A stretch of DNA of 64,000 nt from Macrostomum hystrix (Eukaryota; Animalia; Platyhelminthes). The stretch's first letter is position 1, and every line of letters starts with the position of its first letter. The position numbers and the translations under genes are program-made. Below the pieces are notes generated by a model. The model was not told the DNA's origin, did not search any database, and saw nothing but the letters and a program-made list of their open reading frames with translations. The DNA is taken from contig CATNEN010000001.1 of NCBI GenBank assembly GCA_950097015.1, positions 2,170,001 to 2,234,000 of the forward strand. The letters are read 5' to 3'. Of the stretch, positions 23,580 to 34,357 are shown one piece after another.

Positions 23580-26041
23580 ATCGTAGTAGTCTGGGTGGCA
23601 TCCAGAATTCACAGCGCCAGCAGCAGCTAGCTGGTGCAATCGCCCGGCTTACAGATGAAGCCGAAGCTGCTGACAACCTAAGCAAAGAAGACCTTGACGT
23701 TAATGAAGTTTTGGAGGCTGTCAGGGCCACTTGCCGTCTGTGGTACCAGCCCAGGCTAAGTAGAGTTGAAGGTAAAGTATTTCGTACTGTTGTTGCATTA
23801 GTTGACCATAATGAGATGATAGGGCTAATTATTGGTTCCTGGGTTTTAGTTCTCGAGGAAAGTTGCGTATAGCCCCTTTTCTTGTCGTTATTTTACGTCC
23901 ACGAGTGACAACCCTATTATCAGGTGTTAGCTCGTAGCATTTGACTGTATCGTCACTACGGCTCTGTGCCTCTGCTCACATTTATGGCTCAGAGCAGTAA
24001 CTGGCAACAGCTGACTGCGAGTTGACTTTGGCATATTAAGAAGTAGTTTTCCCAGTTTCTAAAGAAAATGTCTGATTTAAAAATACGCAAGGTGCAACTT
24101 AAAATCATGGGCTACTTGATACACATTCTCCACTTATTATGCCTCAAAATGATGGTTTAAGCTCTGCCCACTTCAGCCTCTGCCCGGCTCATCACGCAGC
24201 CAGCTGGTAGCTTTCTTATCCGGTACAGTGCCAGCCATCCAAACAGCTACGACCTGGTTGTCCGCGCGCCGCCTACAGACGACGACGCTGGCGCTCGCCC
24301 GGTGCGGCATCTCTTGCTGGAACGACGCAGCTTTGCCAGCGGCGTCTCGTTCGCTATCGCAGGTGACGTTCAAGCTGCGAGCGACTCCCTGTCGACGCTG
24401 ATTGCAAGCAACATCAGATCAGTATCAAAGCAGCTACCGTGCCGTTTGTTACTACCAGCGCCTCCACCAATACCACCGATGTCGAATTCAGCAACAGTCG
24501 AATGCTCCGCGCTCTACCTAGCCAGCATCGACGTCGAATCGGCAACTGGCGCGGCGGCGATCGCGCGCGCAACGGAAGCGTTGATGCGTTGTCGGCATCG
24601 GCTACGACCTCGCCTCTGTCGGCTGATGGCCTCGGCGAAACCTCGACCAGGCGTTCGGGTCGCGTTTGACGATGGTGCAAATGATGATAAGTTCTTGCCA
24701 GCTTCGTGCGTACTGCACTGCGGCTACGATCCGTGCTTGAGAAGGCAGGTGACAGGGAATCTAAACGCTTGTCATAGGCTTAGGTAAAACGGTTATTCAT
24801 AATAGAATGTTCTAAGTATAAAATGTAGTGTCCTACAAGCAATTACGCCTTAGAATGCACAACTAGACAAAATTGTGACGATAATGTTACGCACTTATGC
24901 GAGTATGTGCAGCAGAATAGCAGGAAACCTCGATTACTTTACCAACCTAAGCTATGAAAATGTGCTCCAGAAATTGGGTACTTCCTGTTTGTGTTTTTAC
25001 TCTCCTTTGCTAATTAGCAATATTGTTCCTGAGAATTTCTAACTAAATTAGCATACAAAATAGTTCAAGCATCAACGATAAACTTTTGAATCGAATCTTT
25101 CAGCTTTGACTCGGACGAAGCAAGTGAGGTTGGTGTCGAGCGACCGAGGTAATTATCAAACAATTTTTCAATTCTACTTGAAGTAGACCGAATTGGTTTT
25201 AAGGCCTAAAGATGCTTTGAGCCAGTAGAAAGACCACGGGGTATTCAAAGACCCACTGCCTACTTCACGATAGCTTACAAACCGAAAGAACGACTTTTTG
25301 TGAAAGTCCATCATAGTGGACCCTAAGCGATGAACTTTCTATTCAAAGCCGTCTGACGTCAGCATCGTAGAGATTTTCATTGGTTTTTGTCGAAGACCCG
25401 GTGACAGGATTAAATAGCATTGCTATGTTTAAACCTCTGTAGCGAATCCATATTTATTTTCTTATCATTATAATCTTCAACGAGAATTAAACGACTGGTT
25501 ACAGTTTGAAATTTTGTAAGCAAAAATTATGCTTATATTGGTGTTTTTGACACCAAACACCCCGACGAGATGCGTTGAATATCTCGACGGCGTTTTGAGA
25601 CTCTGGAAGTTATTTCATCGTAAGGAGAGTAAAATTTTAGTTCGTGTTCTGGATCGTCAGGGCGATTCGTTTAACATTTTGGGAGATACAGAAAATAGAA
25701 AAATGTTGTTATTTGAAACTACTCCCCGTGGTCCTTCTACCGGTAAAAAGCAGTACTTACGGCTAGCAAGTATGCGGTCAGATTAACTCACCTTACCAGG
25801 TGAGAAGGTTATTTGAGAACTGGTGAGAACTTACACATTTTTATGATGACACACATTTCGCAAGTTAGTGCAAGTTAGTTAAGATATTATTATAATTCTC
25901 TCTCATCGCAGAATGTTCGGCCTTGTGCTGCGTCAACGCAGTGGTCGAATGGACAACTGCGTGCTGCTGGCGTGCGATTACTTTGACCCGAAACGAGCCG
26001 TGGTTCTCGTGCAGTCGGTGCGACTATGGCTCGGGTTGTGA
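22153..26041 (+). CDS. Tensin-like adaptor with a polyQ region and C-terminal SH2 and PTB domains (no PTEN-like or C2 domain seen)
   Basis: Exons 22153-22537, 22611-22880, 23469-23771, 24177-24744, 25104-25148, 25912-26041. SH2: WYQPRLSRVEASARLITQPAGSFLIRYSASHPNSYDLVVR...VRHLLLE. Tensin-type PTB: ALYLASIDVESATGAAAI...HCGYDP...RMFGLV. Confidence 0.78.
23070..23367 (+). mobile_element. SINE family B (tRNA-derived, CORE-like), full length with an 8-bp TSD
   Basis: A box TAGCCTAGTGG, B box GGTTCGATTCC, MIR/CORE-like GTCCTTTAGCAAGACACTTAAC...CAGCTGTTAAATGGG and an A-tail. ACCACCTA occurs at 23062-23069 and 23368-23375. Confidence 0.9.
23499..23577 (+). repeat. (CAG)n microsatellite encoding about 25 glutamines
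   Basis: Visible directly within the tensin-like exon. Confidence 0.95.
25235..25600 (+). mobile_element. Dispersed repeat, probably a non-autonomous DNA transposon remnant (related copy at about 43020-43372 on the opposite strand)
   Basis: 25238-25310 is a diverged reverse complement of 43299-43371. The motif GTTGAATATCTCGACG or its complement recurs at about 25575, 43021, 43224 and 49000. Confidence 0.45.
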
Positions 26042-27893
26042 CACCTGCCAGTCTCACGAAGTCCAAATAACCACTAAAACCTACGAATGTGTAACCTGAT
26101 AAGTAGTGTACATTGATTAAGGTACAGGCTCCCCATTCTATACAACTGTCTCCCCATCTGACTATATTTTGAAATGACGAGTATCAACCAAATTATTTAA
26201 CTTTTCGTAGTTACACTGAAGTATATGAGACGCTAGGTCATGGTCTTACAAAGTTTATTACTTAAAAAAGAAGGCCTTTCGACATTCTGACTCCTATTTT
26301 CTATTATTTCTTGTTTGGTGGAATTAACTGACGAAGTTTCAAACAGGTATGAAGCTTTGAGTCTGCTCTCGGTGGATGTAGAAGCAAGCTTGGGAACAGC
26401 CAATTTCTCACAAGTGAGTTGGCACAAGGAGATGACAGGTCGAGTGAAACGTAAAAGACTTTAGATTGTAGGACGAACACCAGCCTCGCGACGATATGAC
26501 ACAGCGACTTTTATATCTTATCAAATCGAAAGCAGTTTTGGGGGCGGAGTTACTGACTCCGCGCGAGCACATTGGAGAGAAAGCTAAAAAGCACGTACAC
26601 ACACAGTACATTCTAAATAATTAGATATTTAGAAATGAGATATTTAGTGTCGGGCAGGTGCACAACACACCTGCCCAAGCTAGCCGCAACCAGAGTCGCG
26701 TCACCACAAGACGTAAACCACGCGTCTGAGAGAACAGAAACTAATTTGAGACATTACTACAGGTACAAGTACAACCCTAGCCCCGCTTGTCTGCCGGTCA
26801 TTATTGACAATGTACGTTTGAAACAGTGAGATACTATTATTGTCACAACGCCCCCACCCAGAGCAAACACTCATTTTTCGTTTTCCAAGCTGAGAATGAA
26901 GCTGAAAAGAGAATTAGCATGAAATTTCACCCCTTCATGCCTACAGAGAGCCTTGAAAATTGTTTGTGTTTTACGCATTACTCAACTCTAAACTGTCCAC
27001 TGAACTTGCTATAATCAGGCAGATTAGTGAAAGCGGCAGCTACAGCAGCACACTCTTCAATACACAGCGCACTACACGCAATCGGGCACTGATAGGTGAT
27101 CTAAAAGAAAATTTAGCTCTTTCTTGTTCTAATGCAGCAAAATATAGCAGCCAATAGATGTTGGTGTTCTCATTTTCAACTTCTTTCTTTCAGCCGCTAA
27201 ATTACAGCCGACATCAAACATTAACTGTAAAATAACTTTTTCCTCTAAAATTATAAAAATGTTCTGTATATTCTACACAGATCCTACATTATTCTGCGTA
27301 TTTAGACTGCAATAGAGATTAGAAAGCTACGAGTATTATACTTGTAGTTCAGCACCAAGCTCTGAAGTATCGCCACTTGGCCTAGTCCCTATTCAACATA
27401 AAAGTTGGCACCGTGTTCAATAAATCTTGCCGTTTCACTCGTGCGGTGCAATGTAAGCCAATTGAGGCTGTTCAGCAATAGACTGTGCTTCGAGAAGAGG
27501 GTAGACACTTTCTGGGCTACCATCACATGGAGAGAGAGCGAGAGAGCGATGTACAGTCACCCAGCTACCCGGTAAGGCTAGAAGTTTTGGACAGCCCAGC
27601 ATCACACTATATTCTTTGACGTAGAATATAGCTGGGGTAGAATGTACTCTCGTTGGTCGGAACTCGGAGGAAGGAAGAGAATGTCACTTTGGGTTGCTAG
27701 GAGTAACTGGATGGGATTTGGACTGGGTCTTATGCACGGGTGAATGACTCTTCTGCTGTGCTGTGCTTTCGTCTCTTTTATAGTCGCCACAACAAATCAA
27801 GCGCTTATTTTGTACAGACTGAAGCAGAACCATTTTTCTAATATTTAGCACAAAATAAAATACATTTTACACTTGCATACCGTTTTTCTGTAG

Positions 27894-30800
27894 AGCACTG
27901 CAGCAAATAACGTGTGCTGAACAGCTGGTCAACCGTGATAAAAAATCAACGGCAATGATTTTGCTTTGGTACGGCGTAGCAATTGCGCTAGTTGTGGGTT
28001 TTATCGGTGTACTTATTGGATTCTGTCTGCTCAGGAGCCGTGATATGGTGAGTAAAGTACGAGTAATTACGATCACGAATATTTCACTATTTGATGTTTG
28101 ATATTAGAGAACATTAAATTTGGACTTCTATACTCACATAAAACTTCAAATGCAATTATTAAACCAAACGCCTTTAAAGAGTTATAATTACGAAAGCAAC
28201 AGTACATGTTTAAATTATCCACGTGTCAGTATAATGATAGAATGAGTTGAAAGCAAAAAACTTTTTTCAGAATCCATCAACAGACCGCAGATTAGCAGAT
28301 GATGCGCAAAAGAAGCGGAAGCGAAAGAAGAAGGCCAACAAGAAAGCCAAGGTAGTAACCAATCTCTACTGAGTATTTTTTACAACTGGTGAAATTGTGT
28401 TACCCCCAATGATACGGTATTAGTAGGCACAATAACCAATTTATAGGTCAATTATTTCTCGCCAAATCATAACAATCAGATTTAAAGAACTTACTGTAGA
28501 GCAACGCATTGACTTGTTGTAATCCTTGACTTTTTGCGATAAAGGAGGCACCAAGTCCCGCACCTGATGACACTGGAGTCGCAAGCAGAGACTGTCACCC
28601 GAATGTGTCTCAAAGTTCGCGAGCACACGGAAACGTTGACAGGGAGATATCAGAGCTGCAATGTAGGGAAAATCAAAGAACTTCACCCGACAGGGAATCC
28701 ACCGCCAGTACTTTAAGTCGACAAAGTGGCATCCGAAGTGGCCATCGTTTGTCTGAATCTGCTTCTGCTGCCGAAACTGAACCTTCACAGTCGAGAACTT
28801 TCACGTCATTGTTGTTTAAAGGAAATCGTGAGGCAGCATCTTATTATGCATTATCGTTGCTTCAATTGGCTTAAATTTTGAAATAACTTCATAAATGTTT
28901 CAAATTTAGGCTATGAAGAGTTAGAGGAAATCGGCAGTTCGGATGAGCAAGAAACGTCCGTCCATTCTGCTGACGATTTCGAAAATCGTTTGTTAAGAAA
29001 GCGTAAGTAAAGGAACATGGTGTGATAATAATGGTGCAAAACTATATCACTTGGTGACAGCAGACCCGCACCAAGCAAGAGGCGATTCTGCCCATTACTC
29101 CGACTCCTGAACCAATACCTGAACTCTTACTGTGCCTTGATGTTTGAGGAGCTCGGGACCTTGTTGCAAGAGTAACATGCGATAATGCTCTGCCACTCGC
29201 CCTCTCGTTGGTTCTATGCCATGCCGCAACAAGGCATCATAGTAATGTCAACAATTACAATGGCTTTGTAAGTCTGTTAGGTGTAACTCCGCTCTTGTTT
29301 CAGATGCACCACTTCGAAGTGAGAAGGAGTTTAGCGGGCTGTCGCGAGATCAAAAAATGTTTGTCTACCTGCTGTCCAAGAACATAAAGGAGTCAACCCA
29401 CGTAGATTTCAAAACTTCTCTAAACACATCAAGTGACTGGAAGTTTCGTTTGCTCAAGTCAGCCTGTTCGATGTATAATGGTCTGGACCCGGACCTGAGG
29501 GAGCCGAGCCTGACGGACAAGTCCAGCCTTAGCTCATACATTCTCTACGGTGTCAAGGAGCTGGACAGAAAAACTGAAGACAAGAAGCACGAATTCGCTC
29601 CCCTGACCAGCTATCCAGGGGAAGAGGAAATTCAGGACTGCTTTAGAAGTAACACGACACCATTTGTGAAGACCTACTTTCACCTGGTGAAATTCAACTC
29701 TGAGTTGAGCTTGAGGAACAATGGGCTTACAATCCCACCAGGTTGCTACGGAATGGTAGAGATTCCCAGAGGCGACTCTGGTCCAGCTGGATTCAAAGAT
29801 ATTCGAGCTAAATCCAGTGCCAGATCTGGCTTTCAAATTAAAGCCAAAGAAGCCAGGAGACTGCTTTATTCAAGAAGCGATGCCCAAAACGTTTTAGAAG
29901 AAAACTGGGACAGCCACTTTAAAGAAATGGTCTACAGTCAGTTCGAGTCCAAATGTGACGCAAGCGAGCTATTTTGGGCCAAAGAGGACATTATTCAAGC
30001 CAGAAACGCCTTCAGAGTGCTTATAATCACCAAGTTTACAGCTGCGAAAACTGCCAAAGACAGAGAATGTCTCGCCAGATCGCTTGGCCGCGGCACCTGG
30101 GATTTGATTCTTGACTTTGATAGGGACAGTCGCAAGGAGGGAGGCATGTTCACCTTCATGGAGGAAGAAATGCGCAAGTTGGGACGCCTGAACTCAGTGA
30201 AGTCCTGGGACAATCTCTCCAGCCTGCAGTCCCACGACATCGAGGAGTGCCAGAGCGGTCACCGGACAATCTACGTTCAAGTGATGGGCTGCAGCGAGAC
30301 GAAAAAAGACGAGCCCACAAACGAACACAAGCTCCGCAAACTCTTAAAGAACCACTTACTAAACGTTGTTTTTGAGAAGAACCACAGTCCAAGGCCAGTA
30401 ATGTCTATCACTCTTTGCCTAGGCACCTCGAGCATGGAAATTGATAAATTGCTGCTGACGCCAATGGAGATAGAGTGCAGCCTGAAGGAGGCGTTTTTGT
30501 CTGAGTCTAGCAACGAGAAAGCCTTTAAGGCTTACACTTTCTACATTCAGCAGCAGTTACATACCATTTTGAGCGAGCAGCAGTCGAAGTTTTGCAAGAG
30601 TAGAACTCAGAATGTGCACCTGATTCTCAGTCCTATAAATCAGCTGCGGCATCTGTTCGAGTCCATCTATCCATCTTCGGCTGCTCCAAAGCAGTATGAA
30701 CTTCCAGGAAAGTGCGGGCCGTGTTTCTTAGCTCGGGATCGATTCGCCACATTTAAGCCTTATCTTCGACTGTACCACATTCAGTCTGGTCAGTACAAGT

Positions 30801-33438
30801 ACCGCAGCAAAGGGCTCGATCGCAAGGAGCAGTATGCCAATGACGTACGTCGACAATTCCTTGCCGGAAATGAGCTAACCAAAGAAATGTTGTATCTTCA
30901 CGAGGAGCTTCAGTACCAAAAGAGTGGCGTCTATGTCGAGCGCAGAGCTGTGGAACCACTTAAGGAGAAGGTTAGCAAATCACTAAGCCATTGTGGCAAT
31001 CGTACATTCACAAACTGGGACTCAAACGTCAGGCAAATCATTCGTCTGCAGCACGAAGCGGTCTCGGGTGCCACGACTATTGCCAGGATAGTGATGTGGC
31101 GTCTTAGAAAAGAGTATCCTTGCATTGAAGTGAAGAACTTTGACAGAATGCAAGAGGTTACAGAATGCATCTGCTATTTGCATAAAAGTACAGAGCTTCC
31201 AGTACTCGTTCTATTCGACTCGAAAGAATTTCCTCATTCCTCAGTTCATGCTTTCGCCTCTGAGCTAAACAGACGCGTTTCTTGCCCTCGCTTTGTAGCC
31301 ATATGCGTTGAGCAGGTTCGACCAAACAGCTGCGGTGACGCTGTGACTGCGAAGCTGTCCCGAGACGAGGCCAATGGCTTCACGAAAATCTACGAGGACG
31401 CTGGAGGTGACGAAAAACGCAAGCTAACCGAAAAGGTTGAGAAGGAAACGGACAGAACACCATTTCTTTTCGGAGTCTGGCATTTCAGGAATGACTACAA
31501 GAAGATAAACTTGTTTATTCAATATCTACTTGAAGATTGCGCAAAAGAAGCGAACGCTGTTTTGCACTTTGCCTGTCTCACGAAATACTTCATTCACTCA
31601 TCTCTAAATCTGTCAGTTGCGGCAAAGTTTTTTAATCTCCCACCTGAGCAGAAGGATCCTTTGCAAGTTTTGGAGCACCTTGGAGATCAGCGTCATCTGT
31701 TAACTGTCAAGAGAATGCGCAGGGGCTGGGGCTTGTCTCCGATTTCGATCGTCGGTGAGAAGGTGCTCGAATATCTATTTAAAAATGGCGACCCTGGTGA
31801 TAGAGAAGGAGAGCAGGTGAGAATGTTTGTCAACGTTCTCTGCAAAATGGGTGAGGATGGACCTGACTCCTTGATGACAAGCCTTACCCACTTAGTTCGT
31901 AGGTTGATTTCCTGTCAGAAAAGAACAAAAAATCCAAAGCTGACAGACTTCTTTATGACGATGCATGAAAACCTGCCCTTCGAAGAGATTGAACGCATCT
32001 TCTTAATGTTGGCGCGCTCTTTTCCTGACACCAGATCTCACACTTTGGTACATTTTGCTCGCTACGTCGCCTATCATAAAAATGATCATTTAAAGTCTAT
32101 TGAATTCGTCCGGAAGGCTCTCGACTTGAATGAAGACTCAACTTACTTTGCTGATACCACTTGCACTGATGACGTCGTTGTTGGTTTGTCAGCCCATCTT
32201 ATAAACTGCCGAGTGAGCTCAGGTCCTGAGATAAGTTTTGAAGAAGCCCAGTCCTGGACCATGGAAAGCATTCGACTGTGCAAAAAGATTCAAAAAAGGG
32301 GCCCAGCCAAGTCAACAGGTGCTTTCTCTACAAGGCGCACCCGTTTGTTTACGAAATCCAGGCGCAGCGACTGCTCCTCAAACGGTTCTTCGAGGCCGAG
32401 TGTCAGTCTGATGGCGAAGTGTACTTCAGGGAGCTCGAAAAGGAACAATACTGTGTTGCAATGGAAGCTCATCAGAAAATTATCGAAAATGTGCTCAACT
32501 TAGAAAAGATGCACGAGGAGGGTGAGGTGGACTCAGAAACGCTGACCGAAAAGGAAATGGGAAAACTTAATGAAGCTAAAGAAGAGTTTATTAGTCGCTA
32601 TCGGTCGTCTCAAAGTGCAATGAGAAACGCTCAGCTTCACTCGGACATCAAAGACAACGCCTATGCATGGACCATTGTCGATGTGTACACTCAGACTGGA
32701 AAGGGCTCGAAAGGTTTCGATAAAGATGACATTTTCGAATCAGAGGACAACAAGCTGCTAGCGCGTCAAATGTGGGATCGTGTATGGCGACTAAAGGGTG
32801 TGAAACCAACTGACATCGACACGCTATTGTCAATACTGCTTGACTGCAAATCAAAGCTGTCCCGAACTTACTTGGAGGCCTGTGTGCTGACAATACTGTC
32901 TCGGCCAACAAAGGACACTATCGATCGCGGCATTCATATTGCTGGTGAATGGCGACTGAAGTTCGCCTCGGATGTTCTGGCTAATTTCATGCACGGAGCG
33001 TTTTACCTGGCTGCTGCTTTGTCAAGGAAGCCGACGGACCCTGGCAGAAAGGAGAAATTACTGGAGGCTAAAAGACTGCTGGACAAGTGCGAACAGCTGA
33101 CACAGAGGGACAATGCAAGTCCGCTAGGAATTCGCAAGAATTTCCCAGGTCGCAACGTTCCGCGTCTCGTTCTCGGCAAGGGTGACAATCTAAAAGCTTT
33201 GATTTATCTACCGAGACGACGATCTTATGAGGAGCAGGAAAAACACATCAAAATAGAGACTCACTATCGAACCTTCACCGGCTATTTGAGCGACTGGGAT
33301 CGAGTGGTCTGCGAGGAGCTGGACTGGAACCTCCGGGTGCCCGGCAATCCCACCCGACAGGAGGAGTTCAGGCAGAGGCGCAAGGTCAGCTTTGCCATCG
33401 CGCTGGCCTACAGCGGACCCGTGCCTTTCATGATCTGA
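27894..33438 (+). CDS. SAMD9/SAMD9L-like STAND NTPase (AlbA/Schlafen-like, SIR2-like, P-loop, TPR, OB-fold) with a predicted N-terminal TM helix; one apparent frameshift near 32290
   Basis: SAMD9-family motifs: ESTHVDFK...SACSMYNG...YILYGVKE (AlbA), WDLILDFDRDS (SIR2-like), IIRLQHEAVSGATTIARIVMWRLRKEYPC (Walker A region), PVLVLFD (Walker B), HFARYVAY (TPR region), RKVSFAIALAYSGP (OB C-terminus). 5' exons 27894-28047, 28271-28351, 28545-28827 and 28910-29002 splice in frame to 29304. The start is uncertain (ATG 27955, or ATG 27549 via exon 27549-27571). Confidence 0.85.
29043..29200 (-). mobile_element. SINE family A, internally deleted, in the last intron of the SAMD9-like gene
   Basis: TTGGTGACAGCAGACCCGCA...GATTCTGCCCATT...GCTCTGCCAC matches the reverse complement of family A. 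Confidence 0.65.
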
Positions 33439-33811
33439 GCAGTCCTGCACTAATTTACCTGGTCAATTTAATCTTTTCTCTAAACCTAAATATTTTATTC
33501 AGCGGTTAAGATTAGCTAAATTTTCTTTTTTTATTTTGCTGCAACTAAAATTGGTAATTGACGAAGAGTCTCTGTACTTTAAGTAGTCATTGATATATCG
33601 ATCAGTGCACATGTCTACTCGAAAATTTTATAGTTTCACTGGTGATTGGTTAAAACTCCGTTTAAAAAATATCCAGAGAATTAAAATGTTGTTCTCTATT
33701 TACAAATATGTACCATTCCTAATCAAACTTTCCCTACCCAGTTTGTTCCATCTACAATATCCTCGAATATGTTTGTTTGTTAACGGCGAATGATTAATGT
33801 TTAATTTAAAC

Positions 33812-34170
33812 CAGGGGTCGGCAAACTCCGGCCCGCGGGCCAGATGCGGCCCTCGAAGCTCCCAAATCCGGCCCGTTGCCCCTTCTGACATCTACAGTGT
33901 CCTGTTTCATCTCTCTCGTGTCTAATCTCTCCCGTGTCTCTCATCGCTCTCGTATCTAATCTCTCCCGTTTGTCTAATTTCTCCCGTGTCTAATCTCTCC
34001 CGTGTCTAATCTCTTCCCTATCTTATCTCTCAAGTGTCTCATCTCTCCCGTGTCTCATCTCTCCCGTGTCTCATCTCTCCTCTAACTCATATTTATACAG
34101 TCAATGCGGCCCGCTGTCGTCTTTTAGGCTCTCTCTTTGGCCCGCCAGCAAATAAGTTTGCCTACCCCTG
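33812..34170. mobile_element. Non-autonomous hAT (Charlie/Buster-like) MITE with an 8-bp TSD
   Basis: Terminal inverted repeats CAGGGGTCGGCAAACT / AGTTTGCCTACCCCTG; subterminal GGCCCGCGGGCC; ATTTAAAC at 33804-33811 and 34171-34178. Confidence 0.92.
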
Positions 34171-34357
34171 ATTTAAACGATTAGTTTTTTGTGAAGCTAT
34201 TTTCCACTTCTACTTCTATTTGCTTACGTCCGCCTAAACTTGAATATGCTTGGGCACAACATAGGCACACACTAAAGTGCAAAGCACTAAAGCGTTGTAC
34301 TTTATTTGTCATTAGTTTGTGATACTGAAAATAAACAGTGGATCCTCGTGTTAACCT

